Assembly: GCA_963707215.1 (NCBI GenBank)
Contig: CAVPPB010000001.1
Location: forward strand, 96,001 to 160,000
From: an uncultured Chloroflexia bacterium
GTDB lineage: Bacteria; Chloroflexota; Limnocylindria; Limnocylindrales; CSP1-4
Direction: 5' to 3'
Length of the DNA stretch: 64,000 nucleotides
Shown: one piece after another, positions 1 to 8,448 of the stretch
Numbering within the stretch: the stretch's first letter is position 1
Layout of the letters: each line of letters begins with the position of its first letter
Notes under the pieces: model-generated
Database searches by the model: none
What the model saw: the letters and a program-made list of their open reading frames with translations, nothing else
What the model was told of the DNA's origin: nothing
Program-made: the position numbers and the translations under genes

Positions 1-238
1 CGTCCGGGGTGGCCCGGAGTGCCTCGGGCAGCGCGGCCAGGATGTCGTCGACCGACGGCGGGTCGGCCAGGTCGAAGGGGACGAGCGCCCAGCGCCGCTG
101 CTGCGTCCCGGCGTAGGCGGCGAGCTCCGGGGCATCGTGTCGCCCGAGGGCGACGACATCGAAGGCGGATTCGAGGAGGGCCCGACCGATGGCCCCGCCC
201 CACGCCCCGGTCGCGCCGGTGATCCAGGCGACGCTCAT
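1..238 (-). CDS. SDR-family oxidoreductase, N-terminal part (runs off window)
   Basis: Manual translation from ATG at 238 (ATGA overlap with upstream stop): MSVAWITGATGAWGGAIGRALL..., a Rossmann TGxxGxxG motif; not in ORF track. Confidence 0.75.
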   Translation of the reverse strand, partial: MSVAWITGATGAWGGAIGRALLESAFDVVALGRHDAPELAAYAGTQQRRWALVPFDLADPPSVDDILAALPEALRATPD

Positions 239-1017
239 GACGCCGCTCCGCCGACCCGCTCGAGGGTCAGGACCCCGAAGAGCCCGAGGGGCTCCCGCTC
301 GACGGTCAGGGCTCGCCAGCCCAGCGGCTCGGCCGCCGCGACGACCGCCTCGGCGCTCCGGGTGACCGCCGTCCACGGCTTCCGGTCCCAGTCGACCAGG
401 ACGTCGTGGAGGAGCCGCAGGTCCGGGTGCCCCTCCATGACCGAGAGGACCCAGCAGGCTCCGGGCGCCGTGCCCCGGGCACCAGCGGCGAGGAGCCTTC
501 GGACGTCGACGTCGTCGACGAGCAGGTCGAAGAACCCCGAAGCGACCAGGATGTCGAAGGTCGGGTGCGGCCAGCTGGCCGGGTCGAAGGCGTCGGCCGG
601 GACGAACCTGATGTCCGCCCGGCCCTCGGCCTCGGCCCTGGCCGTGCCCCGCGCGCGCTCGTCGGCGTCGATGTCGCCGGCGTAGTACTCGGCACCATCC
701 CTCGGCAGCTCGAAGAGGTACGAGCCGGGACCCGCGGCCACGTCGAGGAGTCGCTGGCCCGGCCGGCGGCGGATCGCCGTCTCCAGCTGGCCGATCAGCA
801 GCCGGCGCCGACCGCGCACGCCCCGCCAGACGGGATGGTCGAGCATGACCCGGTCGACGAGCGTCCCGATCGGCGTGATGCCGTGGGCCCGGTCGGCGTA
901 CACGTAGTCGACCATCGTCCCCGAGTTGAAGCCCTCGCGGTAGCCGAGGCGGATGCCGTCCGACAGCTGCCCTCCGGTCCGCATGAGGAACCGCATCAGC
1001 GGGTAGTAGAGCTCCAT
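235..1017 (-). CDS. Class I SAM-dependent methyltransferase (YnbC C-terminal-like)
   Basis: LLDVAAGPG motif I; G.REGFNSG..VDYVY N-terminus resembles YnbC methyltransferase domain; operon context. Confidence 0.75.
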   Translation of the reverse strand: MELYYPLMRFLMRTGGQLSDGIRLGYREGFNSGTMVDYVYADRAHGITPIGTLVDRVMLDHPVWRGVRGRRRLLIGQLETAIRRRPGQRLLDVAAGPGSYLFELPRDGAEYYAGDIDADERARGTARAEAEGRADIRFVPADAFDPASWPHPTFDILVASGFFDLLVDDVDVRRLLAAGARGTAPGACWVLSVMEGHPDLRLLHDVLVDWDRKPWTAVTRSAEAVVAAAEPLGWRALTVEREPLGLFGVLTLERVGGAAS

Positions 1018-1033
1018 CGGTCTCCCCTCCTGC

Positions 1034-1615
1034 TCAGGCGCGCCCGAGCTCGCGGACGGTCCGCGAGATGCGCAGGACGAGGGTCGGGATCGACAGGACG
1101 ACGATCAGGACGCAGACCCAGGTCAGGTCGAAGGTGACGAAGGTCCGGATGCCCGCGGCGACGAGGACGATGGCGATCCGGTCGGGCTGCCCGGCCGGGC
1201 CCACCGGCTGCGGCGACCCCCCGGCGATCGCCGGCAGCACGGCGCAGACGTTGACCAGCCAGGCCGAGCCCAGGAGCAGGACCAGCCAGGCCGGATCGAC
1301 CCACGGCCACAGTCCCAGGAACAGGGCGATGTCCCCGATCTCCTGGGGCAGCCGGTTGAGGTAGGGTCCGATCCGGGTCTTCTTCCCGTAGGCCTCGGCG
1401 AGCAACCCGTCCATGACCGTGAGGGCCATCCGGCCGAGGATCCCCATGATGACGAGCGGCCACCAGCCGAACCACAGGCTCACGGCCGCCAGGCCCGATG
1501 GGACGAGCGAGGCCAGGGAGACCGCGTTGGGGCTCAGCCGCTCGACCCCGGGGATCCGGTCGAGCCAGCGACGGAGCGCGTACTTGGTCTGGTACAGCCC
1601 GATGTCGGGGCTCAT
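1034..1615 (-). CDS. CDP-alcohol phosphatidyltransferase family (YnbA-like)
   Basis: SPNAVS and MDGLLAEAYGKKTRIGPYLN motifs; hydrophobic. Confidence 0.8.
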   Translation of the reverse strand: MSPDIGLYQTKYALRRWLDRIPGVERLSPNAVSLASLVPSGLAAVSLWFGWWPLVIMGILGRMALTVMDGLLAEAYGKKTRIGPYLNRLPQEIGDIALFLGLWPWVDPAWLVLLLGSAWLVNVCAVLPAIAGGSPQPVGPAGQPDRIAIVLVAAGIRTFVTFDLTWVCVLIVVLSIPTLVLRISRTVRELGRA

Positions 1616-2325
1616 CGGTCACCTCCCTCCTGCGACACGTCGAGTCGACCGTGGCGGTCCCAGAACGCGAGCAGGTCTGCCGAGAGCGCGCGTCCGTCGA
1701 CGGTGTCGATCGGATCGCCGAACGTGACCCGGATCGTCCGGAACGGCCGCCAGTACGCGCGGCCCACGGGCCAGGCCTCGGCGGTCCCGGCCAGGCCGAC
1801 CGGCAGGACCGTCCAGCCCGCATGGGCGAGCACGCCGGCCAGCCCGATGTGCGGCTCGAGACGCTTCCGGCTCCCGCTCGGGTAGATGAGGAACCAGCCG
1901 GCCTCGATCGTGGGCAGCAGGCGGGCCCAGCGGCGGAGCTCGGCCAGCTCGGCGCCCCGGTCGAAGGCCGCCGCCTGCCCGAAGAGGCTGGCGGCGATCG
2001 CGGCAGCCCGTCGCTCGAAGAAGTAGTCGCGGGCCGCCAGCACCGTGATCCGCCGTCGGTAGCGCTCCGGCAGGACCGCCAGGATGGCCATCGTGTCGAG
2101 GTGGCTCTGGTGGTTCGGCATCAGGGCGAGGCGAGGCACGTCGGGTACCGACCCGACGACCTCCAGGCGGAACTGGGCCCGGAAGAAGGCGGCCGCGGCG
2201 CGCCGACCCAGCGCCCGGGCTGTGTCGTACAGCAGGTCCGGCTGGCGCGGGTACTGCCCCAGGCGTGCCGCAAGTGGCAGCTCGAGGTCCGGGAACGGTT
2301 CGTACTCGAACCTGGCACCGCTCAT
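1612..2325 (-). CDS. Lysophospholipid acyltransferase (PlsC-like)
   Basis: NHQSHLD (HX4D) and YPSGSR motifs; start at ATGA overlap 2322-2325. Confidence 0.8.
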   Translation of the reverse strand: MSGARFEYEPFPDLELPLAARLGQYPRQPDLLYDTARALGRRAAAAFFRAQFRLEVVGSVPDVPRLALMPNHQSHLDTMAILAVLPERYRRRITVLAARDYFFERRAAAIAASLFGQAAAFDRGAELAELRRWARLLPTIEAGWFLIYPSGSRKRLEPHIGLAGVLAHAGWTVLPVGLAGTAEAWPVGRAYWRPFRTIRVTFGDPIDTVDGRALSADLLAFWDRHGRLDVSQEGGDR

Positions 2326-3278
2326 TCCGGGAACCCGCCGAAGAGATAGCCCATGAAGTGGGCGAACGCCGGCGCCGTGACCATGAGCGAGTTGAGGCGA
2401 TCGGTCAGACCGCCGTGGCCCGGCAGGATCGCCCCGAAGTCCTTGACCCCGGCATTGCGCTTGACGTTGGCCATCGTGAGGTCGCCGACCTGTCCGCCGA
2501 TCGTGATGATCAGCCCGGCCGCCAGGACGCCGAGCGGCGGCACCCAGGGGAAGGCGATCGGGGCCTGGAGGAACGTCAGGACGACGATCGTCACGCCGGC
2601 CAGGAGCGAGCCCTCCAGCGTCTTGTTCGGGCTGATCGGAGTCCAGCGACGCCGCCCGACGGCCTTGCCGTAGATGAACTGGAGGGCGTCGTTCAGCTGC
2701 GTCATCAGCAGCACGAACAGGAGGTAGCCGAGCCCGAGCGATGACGCGTAGAGATAGCTCAGGTGGGCCAGGAAGTAAGCGAAGAAGATGACCCCGACGA
2801 CCGAGAGGGCGAACCACTGGAGCATCCCGTCGGTCCGGCGGAGGACGATCGGGACCAGGGCCAGGGCGAGCACGGCCCACGTCGGGATCGCCATGAACAC
2901 GTCGTAGCGCCCCACGAAGGCGAAGACGTTCTCGGCGATGACGGCGCCGTAGACGAGGACGACGAAGAGCCGCTGCCGGTAGAGCCCGGTGACCCGGGCG
3001 TACTCCTTGAACGCCAGGATCGACACCACGGCGACCAGGACCGTCCAGGCGCCCTGCCCCAGCCACATCGCCCCCAGGGCGATCGGCAGGATGAGGAACC
3101 AGGTCCGCAGCGGGATCCAGGCACCTGGGATGCGAAGGACCGCCAGGAGGACGCTCGTGACGGCGACCGTGGCGATGGCGGCCACCGTGTAGAAGCGGAG
3201 GGGGTCGCCCGTCAGCTCGTCGAGTCCCACGCGGTCCTCCGGCACGTCGTCCGGGCGCCCGGGCCGGCGGTCAGCCAC
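2322..3278 (-). CDS. Phosphatidate cytidylyltransferase (CdsA/YnbB-like)
   Basis: ISPNKTLEG and KRNAGVKDFGAILPGHGGLTDR signatures. Confidence 0.9.
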   Translation of the reverse strand: MADRRPGRPDDVPEDRVGLDELTGDPLRFYTVAAIATVAVTSVLLAVLRIPGAWIPLRTWFLILPIALGAMWLGQGAWTVLVAVVSILAFKEYARVTGLYRQRLFVVLVYGAVIAENVFAFVGRYDVFMAIPTWAVLALALVPIVLRRTDGMLQWFALSVVGVIFFAYFLAHLSYLYASSLGLGYLLFVLLMTQLNDALQFIYGKAVGRRRWTPISPNKTLEGSLLAGVTIVVLTFLQAPIAFPWVPPLGVLAAGLIITIGGQVGDLTMANVKRNAGVKDFGAILPGHGGLTDRLNSLMVTAPAFAHFMGYLFGGFPE

Positions 3279-3423
3279 CGACGGCCGGCCGGACGCTCGT
3301 CATGGCGACGCACGTGCCCGCGTCGTGTTGCACGGACCGATCACTGGGCCACAGCCGACGGCCCCGGCCCGAGCGGATGCCGGAGGCGACCCGAGGGGCG
3401 CCGTGGGTCAGGCGCGCTGGAGG

Positions 3424-4143
3424 TCAGGCGCGCTCGCCGGCTCGACGCAGGAGGACCAGGGCCACGCCACCGCCGATCAGGGCGACCGAGCCGATCGGGA
3501 TCCACGGCATCCCGGGGCCATCGCTTTGCTGGCCGGCGGCGTCCACGCCGTTGGGGCGGACCTCAGCGGGACCCTCGTCCGTACCGCCGCCGCCCATAGG
3601 AGCAGGCGGCGGGGTAGCGGCCGTGTCGACCTCCGGGGCCGCCGGCTCACCGCCGAACTCGCCCTGCGTGTCCCGCTCCGAGCCCGCGCCGGCACCGTCA
3701 CCGACAGGCGCTCCGACGGTGGACAGGATGACCTGCGGGTCCGGGACGACGGCCGTGAGCATGAGGCCCGCGAGCCCGACCGTCGCCAGCCCGACGCCCA
3801 GGGGCCGGGCGAAGGCGAGGCGAGGAGCCCCGAAGCCCGCGACGATGCGTCGCCAGCCGCCGGGCCGGAGCCGCACGGCCTGCTCCTCGGTCAGCCGGAA
3901 GTCACGGGGTCGTACCGGCGACGGCAGGGCGCGGGTCGCCGAGGCGATCGCGACGAGATCCACGTAGACCTCCCCGCAGGCCGGACAGGCGGCCACCAGG
4001 GATCGAGCGTCGTCGAGCTCCGGGCCGGTCAGGTCGTCGGCCGAAAGCGCGGCCACCAGGGTGAGGTCGTGGTCGGTGTGGAGGGTCGTGGTCACGTTCG
4101 TCTGACGCCCCATCTCCGGTCCCGGTTCCCGCCGCCCGCTCAT
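3424..4143 (-). CDS. Putative membrane anti-sigma factor
   Basis: Coupled to ECF sigma stop; CPAC zinc-knuckle-like motif, PRDFRLT, two hydrophobic segments. Confidence 0.65.
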   Translation of the reverse strand: MSGRREPGPEMGRQTNVTTTLHTDHDLTLVAALSADDLTGPELDDARSLVAACPACGEVYVDLVAIASATRALPSPVRPRDFRLTEEQAVRLRPGGWRRIVAGFGAPRLAFARPLGVGLATVGLAGLMLTAVVPDPQVILSTVGAPVGDGAGAGSERDTQGEFGGEPAAPEVDTAATPPPAPMGGGGTDEGPAEVRPNGVDAAGQQSDGPGMPWIPIGSVALIGGGVALVLLRRAGERA

Positions 4144-4805
4144 CGGTCGCCCCGGAAGAGATCGAGCCGCGGCTCGAGGACGGCGCGCAGGGCCAGCCGT
4201 CCCCGGTGGATCCGTGACTTCACGGTCCCCAGCGAGACGCCGGTGAGCTCGGCGATCTCGGCATAGTCGTAGCCCTCGACGTCGAAGAGGACGATCGCCG
4301 TTCGCTGGTCGGCCCCGATCCTGGCCAGGGCATCGGCCAGGGCGCGGGATCGCTCGGCCGCGACCACGACCCGCTCCGGATCCTCCGACGCGTCGGCCGG
4401 TGGCTGCCAGCTCTCGTCCTCCAGCTCCGGGTACGGCTGAGCGGGCCGCCGCTTGCGGTAGCGCTGGGTGTCCATGGCCGCGTTGATGGCGATCCGCCCC
4501 AGCCATGACCGGACGCTGCCGCCGCGGAAGGACCGCAGGTTCCGGTAGGCGCTGAAGAACGCCTCCTGGACGGCGTCGGCGGCCTGGTCCCGGTCCGGAA
4601 CGAGCCGGGCGACCAGCCCGTAGAGGTGGTCCTGGTGGAGCTCGACGAGGTCGTTGAAGGCGTCGAGGTCGCCGTCCCTGGCACGCTCGACGAGCCACAG
4701 GTCGCGACGCCGGGCCACGTCGTCGCCGGGCGAGGGCACGCGACGATCGTCAGCCAGCGGCGGGTCCCTCCGGACGGGGATGGCAAGGCGGGCCGAGTCT
4801 AGCAT
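4140..4805 (-). CDS. ECF RNA polymerase sigma factor
   Basis: DAVQEAF, SWLGRIAIN, YAEIAELTGVSLGTVKSRIHRGR region 2 and 4 motifs. Confidence 0.92.
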   Translation of the reverse strand: MLDSARLAIPVRRDPPLADDRRVPSPGDDVARRRDLWLVERARDGDLDAFNDLVELHQDHLYGLVARLVPDRDQAADAVQEAFFSAYRNLRSFRGGSVRSWLGRIAINAAMDTQRYRKRRPAQPYPELEDESWQPPADASEDPERVVVAAERSRALADALARIGADQRTAIVLFDVEGYDYAEIAELTGVSLGTVKSRIHRGRLALRAVLEPRLDLFRGDR

Positions 4806-4920
4806 CGGGTCTGCGCTACTCGACGCGCCTCGGCGCGCCTCGGTTCCCTGGCTCGTCCTCGACGCGGCCCGGAGCCCCCGGCCGCGGGCACGGGCAGACG
4901 GGCGCTACGATGAGCGTCCG

Positions 4921-5007
4921 GCCGGAGTGGCGGAACTGGCAGACGCGTCGGTCTCAAACACCGATGAGGGCAACCTCGTGCGGGTTCAAATCCCGCCTCC
5001 GGCACCA
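4921..5007 (+). tRNA. tRNA-Leu (anticodon CAA)
   Basis: GCCGGAG/CTCCGGC acceptor stem, anticodon loop CTCAAAC, long variable arm, GGTTCAAATCC T-loop, encoded CCA. Confidence 0.95.
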
Positions 5008-5025
5008 GCGTTTCGTGCGTGAAGA

Positions 5026-5056
5026 GTGAGGGCCCGGCCGTTGGCCGGGCCCTCAC
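5026..5056 (+). terminator. Perfect 14-bp hairpin after tRNA
   Basis: GTGAGGGCCCGGCC-gtt-GGCCGGGCCCTCAC; no U-tract. Confidence 0.6.
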
Positions 5057-5154
5057 GACTGGCCGAGGTGTAGCCAAACTGAGTCTTGCTGACCACCACG
5101 GCCCTCGCTCCGGGCCGGCTGGCGCGATCTCGCTGACCCAGGGGGGAAGGCGAC

Positions 5155-5239
5155 CAGCCCACGGCCGGGCGACGGGGGCCGTCTACGGGCGCGCTGCCTC
5201 TTGCAGGACGCGTTACACGACGTCACCGTGCCCCCATGC
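5155..5239 (+). promoter_or_regulatory. Repeated leader R1 with putative sigma70 promoter (copy 1)
   Basis: TTGCAG-17nt-CACCGT; aligns with 6904-, 8257- and 12158- copies. Confidence 0.5.
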
Positions 5240-5314
5240 GCGGGGGGCAGTGACGCGCGGCCAATCGCCTACGGCCGCCGGGACCGCGCCGAGCCACTGG
5301 CGAGACCGACCCGC
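5240..5314 (+). ncRNA. c-di-GMP-II-like riboswitch variant, copy 1
   Basis: P1 GCGG/CCGC, UGA..GAG kink-turn, P3 stem, CGCC/GGCG pseudoknot, 3' GAGCCACTGGCGAGACCGACCCG. Confidence 0.75.
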
Positions 5315-5396
5315 TGGAAACCGGATCCGCAAGAGGACCGGCCAAGTTCGATCAGGCTGAGATGGGCCTTCGGCATCAGGCGGTGAGAGGACTGCG

Positions 5397-5765
5397 ATGA
5401 CGACTGAGCGATCTCGTCTGACCGCCGCACTGTCTCTGGCGGTCGCGGTCGTCGTGATCGTCGTCAGCCCGATGCTGCTCGACGCCCCGAACCCGCTGTC
5501 GACGCCCGCTGCGGTGATCGTCGCGGTCGGCTGTGGCGGTGCGTTGCTCGGTGGGCGTGGCGCTGAGTGGGTCGCGTTGGCCGTCAGCGTGGCCGGGCTC
5601 GTGTTGTCCGTCCTGTGGCTCTGGCTCGCGAGCGATGGCTTCGGGCAGGGCACGCCCTGGTGGGACGACATCGTCGAGGCCGCGATCCTCGCTGCGGCAT
5701 TCCTCGTCGCGCTCGCCTTCCTGCTGCTTGCACGTCGGCAACGAGCACGGTCGCGAGCGACCTGA
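5397..5765 (+). CDS. Small 4-TM membrane protein
   Basis: GAGGA RBS, four hydrophobic segments, basic tail. Confidence 0.7.
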   Translation: MTTERSRLTAALSLAVAVVVIVVSPMLLDAPNPLSTPAAVIVAVGCGGALLGGRGAEWVALAVSVAGLVLSVLWLWLASDGFGQGTPWWDDIVEAAILAAAFLVALAFLLLARRQRARSRAT

Positions 5766-5971
5766 CCGCGCACAGCACCACCGCCGTCAAGGTCGCCTGG
5801 CAGCGTCTTCGGGTAGCCCGCGACGAGCGCGGCACTAACCCTCGCCCCAGCCCCGGCTCCACGTGTCGCCCTCGATCACGGCCTCGCCGTCCAGAGGAGC
5901 GGCAGCGTCCGGGGTCAGTTCGGGACCGCCGCCTCTAGGCAGTAGGTAGGCGTCACGCATCCTCCTGGCCT

Positions 5972-6050
5972 GGGCGAGAGGCCCTGACGCGCGGCCAATC
6001 GCCTCTGCCCGCCGGGACCGCGCCGAGCCACTGGCGAGACCGACCCGCCC
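5972..6050 (+). ncRNA. c-di-GMP-II-like riboswitch variant, copy 2 (no clear downstream gene)
   Basis: Near-identical to copy 1 core; P1 GGGCG/CGCCC. Confidence 0.7.
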
Positions 6051-6221
6051 TAGGTTTAGGGGAGGGCGCCCCGATGGGCAGATCCTCGTGGGCGGCCGTG
6101 CCAGCCGCCCTCACACCTCCGGTGGCCGCCGGTCTCCTGCTCGCGACGGTAGTGGTGGGCGCCGAGTACCGACCCCCCGGGTCCTGACCAGCCCGCGGCC
6201 GGGCGACGGGAGCCGCTCGGC

Positions 6222-6824
6222 CTACCGAGCGCGACGATGTCGCTGGGAGCGTCGGTTGGCCGTCAACCCGAGCCCGGCCATCAGCGCCAGGAGACCAAGC
6301 CCGGCCGGTCCCCGCGGCGGTGATGGCTGACGGGCCGCGGCGGCGGTATCGGTCTCTGGCAGGACGGCGAAGCGATGGGTGACCGTGACCGAGTAGTCGC
6401 TCGAGCCCATGACGACGACATCGCTCCAGATGACCCGCTGCCCGTAGGTCTCGCCGCCATCGGCATCGGCATAGAAGCCGATCGACCAGCGGTACTCGAC
6501 CCGCGCCCCAGGCGGGACGGGGAACGACACCACATAGATCCGGCCGTTCTCGCAGGGCGGTGGCAGGTAGGGACCTCCCGGGTAGTCGGCCTGGACCGAC
6601 TTTGGCTCGCAGATGGTGGTGCCGGACGTTCCCTCCTCGTGCATGAAGAAGACGTTCGCCGGGACGGGGCCTCTGAGGGCCAGGCGCAGCGTCAAGGTGG
6701 GCCAGTCCGACTCGGCGGTCGCGACCGCGACGGTCTGGGCCGCGGCTGACGGCACCTGGCTCAACAGCAGGGCGACGCCGCACGCAAGTAGGGCCAACCG
6801 CGCCGTCCATCGATGAGCGCGCAT
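6222..6824 (-). CDS. Secreted protein with LPETD-TM-basic C-terminal sorting-like signal
   Basis: GGAGG RBS, signal peptide ending AAA-Q, C-terminal LPETD...GLGLLALMAGLGL...RRSQRHRRAR. Confidence 0.75.
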   Translation of the reverse strand: MRAHRWTARLALLACGVALLLSQVPSAAAQTVAVATAESDWPTLTLRLALRGPVPANVFFMHEEGTSGTTICEPKSVQADYPGGPYLPPPCENGRIYVVSFPVPPGARVEYRWSIGFYADADGGETYGQRVIWSDVVVMGSSDYSVTVTHRFAVLPETDTAAAARQPSPPRGPAGLGLLALMAGLGLTANRRSQRHRRAR

Positions 6825-6903
6825 CGCTCGTCATCCCTCCGGATGAGTTGAAGCCATGGCTTGAAGCTCGTGGATGAGACGCGCACAGCCGGCCAGCGTG
6901 AGC

Positions 6904-7003
6904 ACAAGCCCACAGCCACCCCCGCCGGCCGCTCAGGCCCTCGGTCTCTTGCCCGGTACGTTCCACGACCGGCACCCTCGACGCCATAGCGCGGGGGGTG
7001 CTG
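6904..7003 (+). repeat. Repeated leader R1 with truncated aptamer
   Basis: TCAGGCCCTCGG..TTGCCC..GTACGTTCCACGACCGGCACCCT..CCATAGCGCGGGGGG matches 8285-8352. Confidence 0.8.
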
Positions 7004-7057
7004 CGCTCTCTCCTGCCAGCCCGCCTCGCGACGAGGCGTCCCGGGAGGCAGCGACAG

Positions 7058-7596
7058 TGCGCGGCATCCTGCGAACGATTGCCGTCACGCTTGCGACCGC
7101 GACGCTCACCGGGGTCGCTCTTCTCGGCGATGCTCCGCCCGCCTAGGGCGAGGAGCTTGGGCTGGGCGGGCCGAGCCGCGTCGTCGGCGTGACATACGTG
7201 CAGCCACAGTGCGGCGATGCCATCTTCGCCGGCGACTCGGTCGGCTCGGTTCGCATCCAGAGGCCCTTCTCGGAGGCCCACCAGAACTACGACGGGATCT
7301 ACATCACATATAGGTTCAAGGGGCCGTGGTGCCTGATCCAGCCCGACCTGTTCTGGTCGATCTACCTGACGACCGATACGCACCCGAGAACCAGGCTCCA
7401 GAACTTCAACATGCCCTGCAGCGGCTCTCGGGATCGCGAGTACGAGTCGACCATCTATCTCCGATACCTTGGCATCGACTACACAGAGGCTGAGCTCTTC
7501 GCCGAGACCGTGACATTCGAGGTCCACCTCGAGGGCGACGACGGCTTCTCGGGGATCTGGGCGCCCTTCATGGTTGGATCGAGTCCGAGCGAGTAG
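7058..7596 (+). pseudogene. Secreted protein interrupted by in-frame TAG at 7144-7146
   Basis: GGAGG RBS, GTG start, signal peptide MRGILRTIAVTLATATLTGVALLGDAPPA*, same frame continues into ORF 7189-7596. Confidence 0.6.
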
Positions 7597-7599
7597 CCC

Positions 7600-7722
7600 G
7601 CCGCTCCACCGCCCGCGCCTCCAGCCCGTCCCAGAACGCCGAGGTGGCGCGCTGGCGGCCCTCGGCCCCGGCCTGCGCCTCCCAAGGCCGCCACGGCCGC
7701 CTCGGCCGCCTCCGGGGGCGTA
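7600..7722 (-). repeat. Repeat R2 copy A (frameshifted remnant of small ORF)
   Basis: CCAGAACGCCGAGGTG..CGGCCCTCGGC..CTCCCA shared with 9632, 10810, 13992. Confidence 0.75.
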
Positions 7723-7733
7723 TCCGGCTGGAC

Positions 7734-7783
7734 GAGATCGCTATCCGGCCACGGAGCCGGGGGCGAGCGACACCCTAGGTGGT
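7734..7783 (+). repeat. Repeat R3 copy A
   Basis: GAGATCGCTA.{3}GGCCACGGAGCCGGGG..AGCGACACCC matches reverse complement of 13042-13089. Confidence 0.75.
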
Positions 7784-8215
7784 TCACCTGGTCGAGAGCC
7801 ACCATCCGGCGGCGCACCCGGCGGAATAGGCGAGCACCCCGGCTGTGCCCGCGATGAGCCAGTAGGGGTAGAGGTCGGGGTCGACCCGGCCGACGACGAG
7901 GGTCCACAGGTGGGGAAAGACGGTAAAGGCAAGCCAGCCGCCGAGGGCACCCGCGATCGCGGCCCAGATCGTCCGGCCACCCCACCGGGCAGTGGCTGCC
8001 CCGACCATGACGGCCAGCAGGGGCGGAAGGGCGAAGAGCACCAGCGCGCCGAAGCTGAGCATGAGGGCCGGAAGCTCGAAGAGCGCCGCCCAGCCGGCCA
8101 CGGCGACCGCCGTTCCGATCGAGCCGATCACAAAGGCCCGGCCGGTGCCGATCGCCATGGCCCAACGGTCGCCGTCACCGCTGCCTGCGAGCGGGCTGAC
8201 CCCTTGTGACTTCAT
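7784..8215 (-). CDS. Small 4-TM membrane protein (start uncertain, 8215 or 8158)
   Basis: Hydrophobic C-terminal half of ORF 7784-8524. Confidence 0.6.
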   Translation of the reverse strand: MKSQGVSPLAGSGDGDRWAMAIGTGRAFVIGSIGTAVAVAGWAALFELPALMLSFGALVLFALPPLLAVMVGAATARWGGRTIWAAIAGALGGWLAFTVFPHLWTLVVGRVDPDLYPYWLIAGTAGVLAYSAGCAAGWWLSTR

Positions 8216-8256
8216 CTCGGAAGGGTTGACGCCGCAGGCGACGAACCGTTGCACGA

Positions 8257-8344
8257 GCCAGCCCGCGGCCAGGCGACGGCGTCCGTTCAGGCCCTCGGCC
8301 TCTAGACCCGTACGTTCCGCGACCGGCACCCTGACCGCCATAGC
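8257..8344 (+). promoter_or_regulatory. Repeated leader R1 with putative promoter
   Basis: Near-identical to 12158-12246; TAGACC-18nt-CACCCT. Confidence 0.6.
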
Positions 8345-8423
8345 GCGGGGGGCGCTGACGCACGGTCGATGAGCCACGGCCGCCCAAGACGACCCTGCTG
8401 AGCCACTGGCGAGACCGACCCGC
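8345..8423 (+). ncRNA. c-di-GMP-II-like riboswitch variant, copy 3
   Basis: GCGGGGGGCGCTGACGCACGGTCG...CGGCCGCC...CGACCCTGCTGAGCCACTGGCGAGACCGACCCGC. Confidence 0.75.
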
Positions 8424-8448
8424 CTGCCCGAGAGATGGAGTCTTGCGC

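Noticed and set aside
5291-5300. GCCACTG as a cobalamin riboswitch
   Set aside because: The rest of the B12 element is missing and the element is too short (~75 nt). The layout fits c-di-GMP-II.
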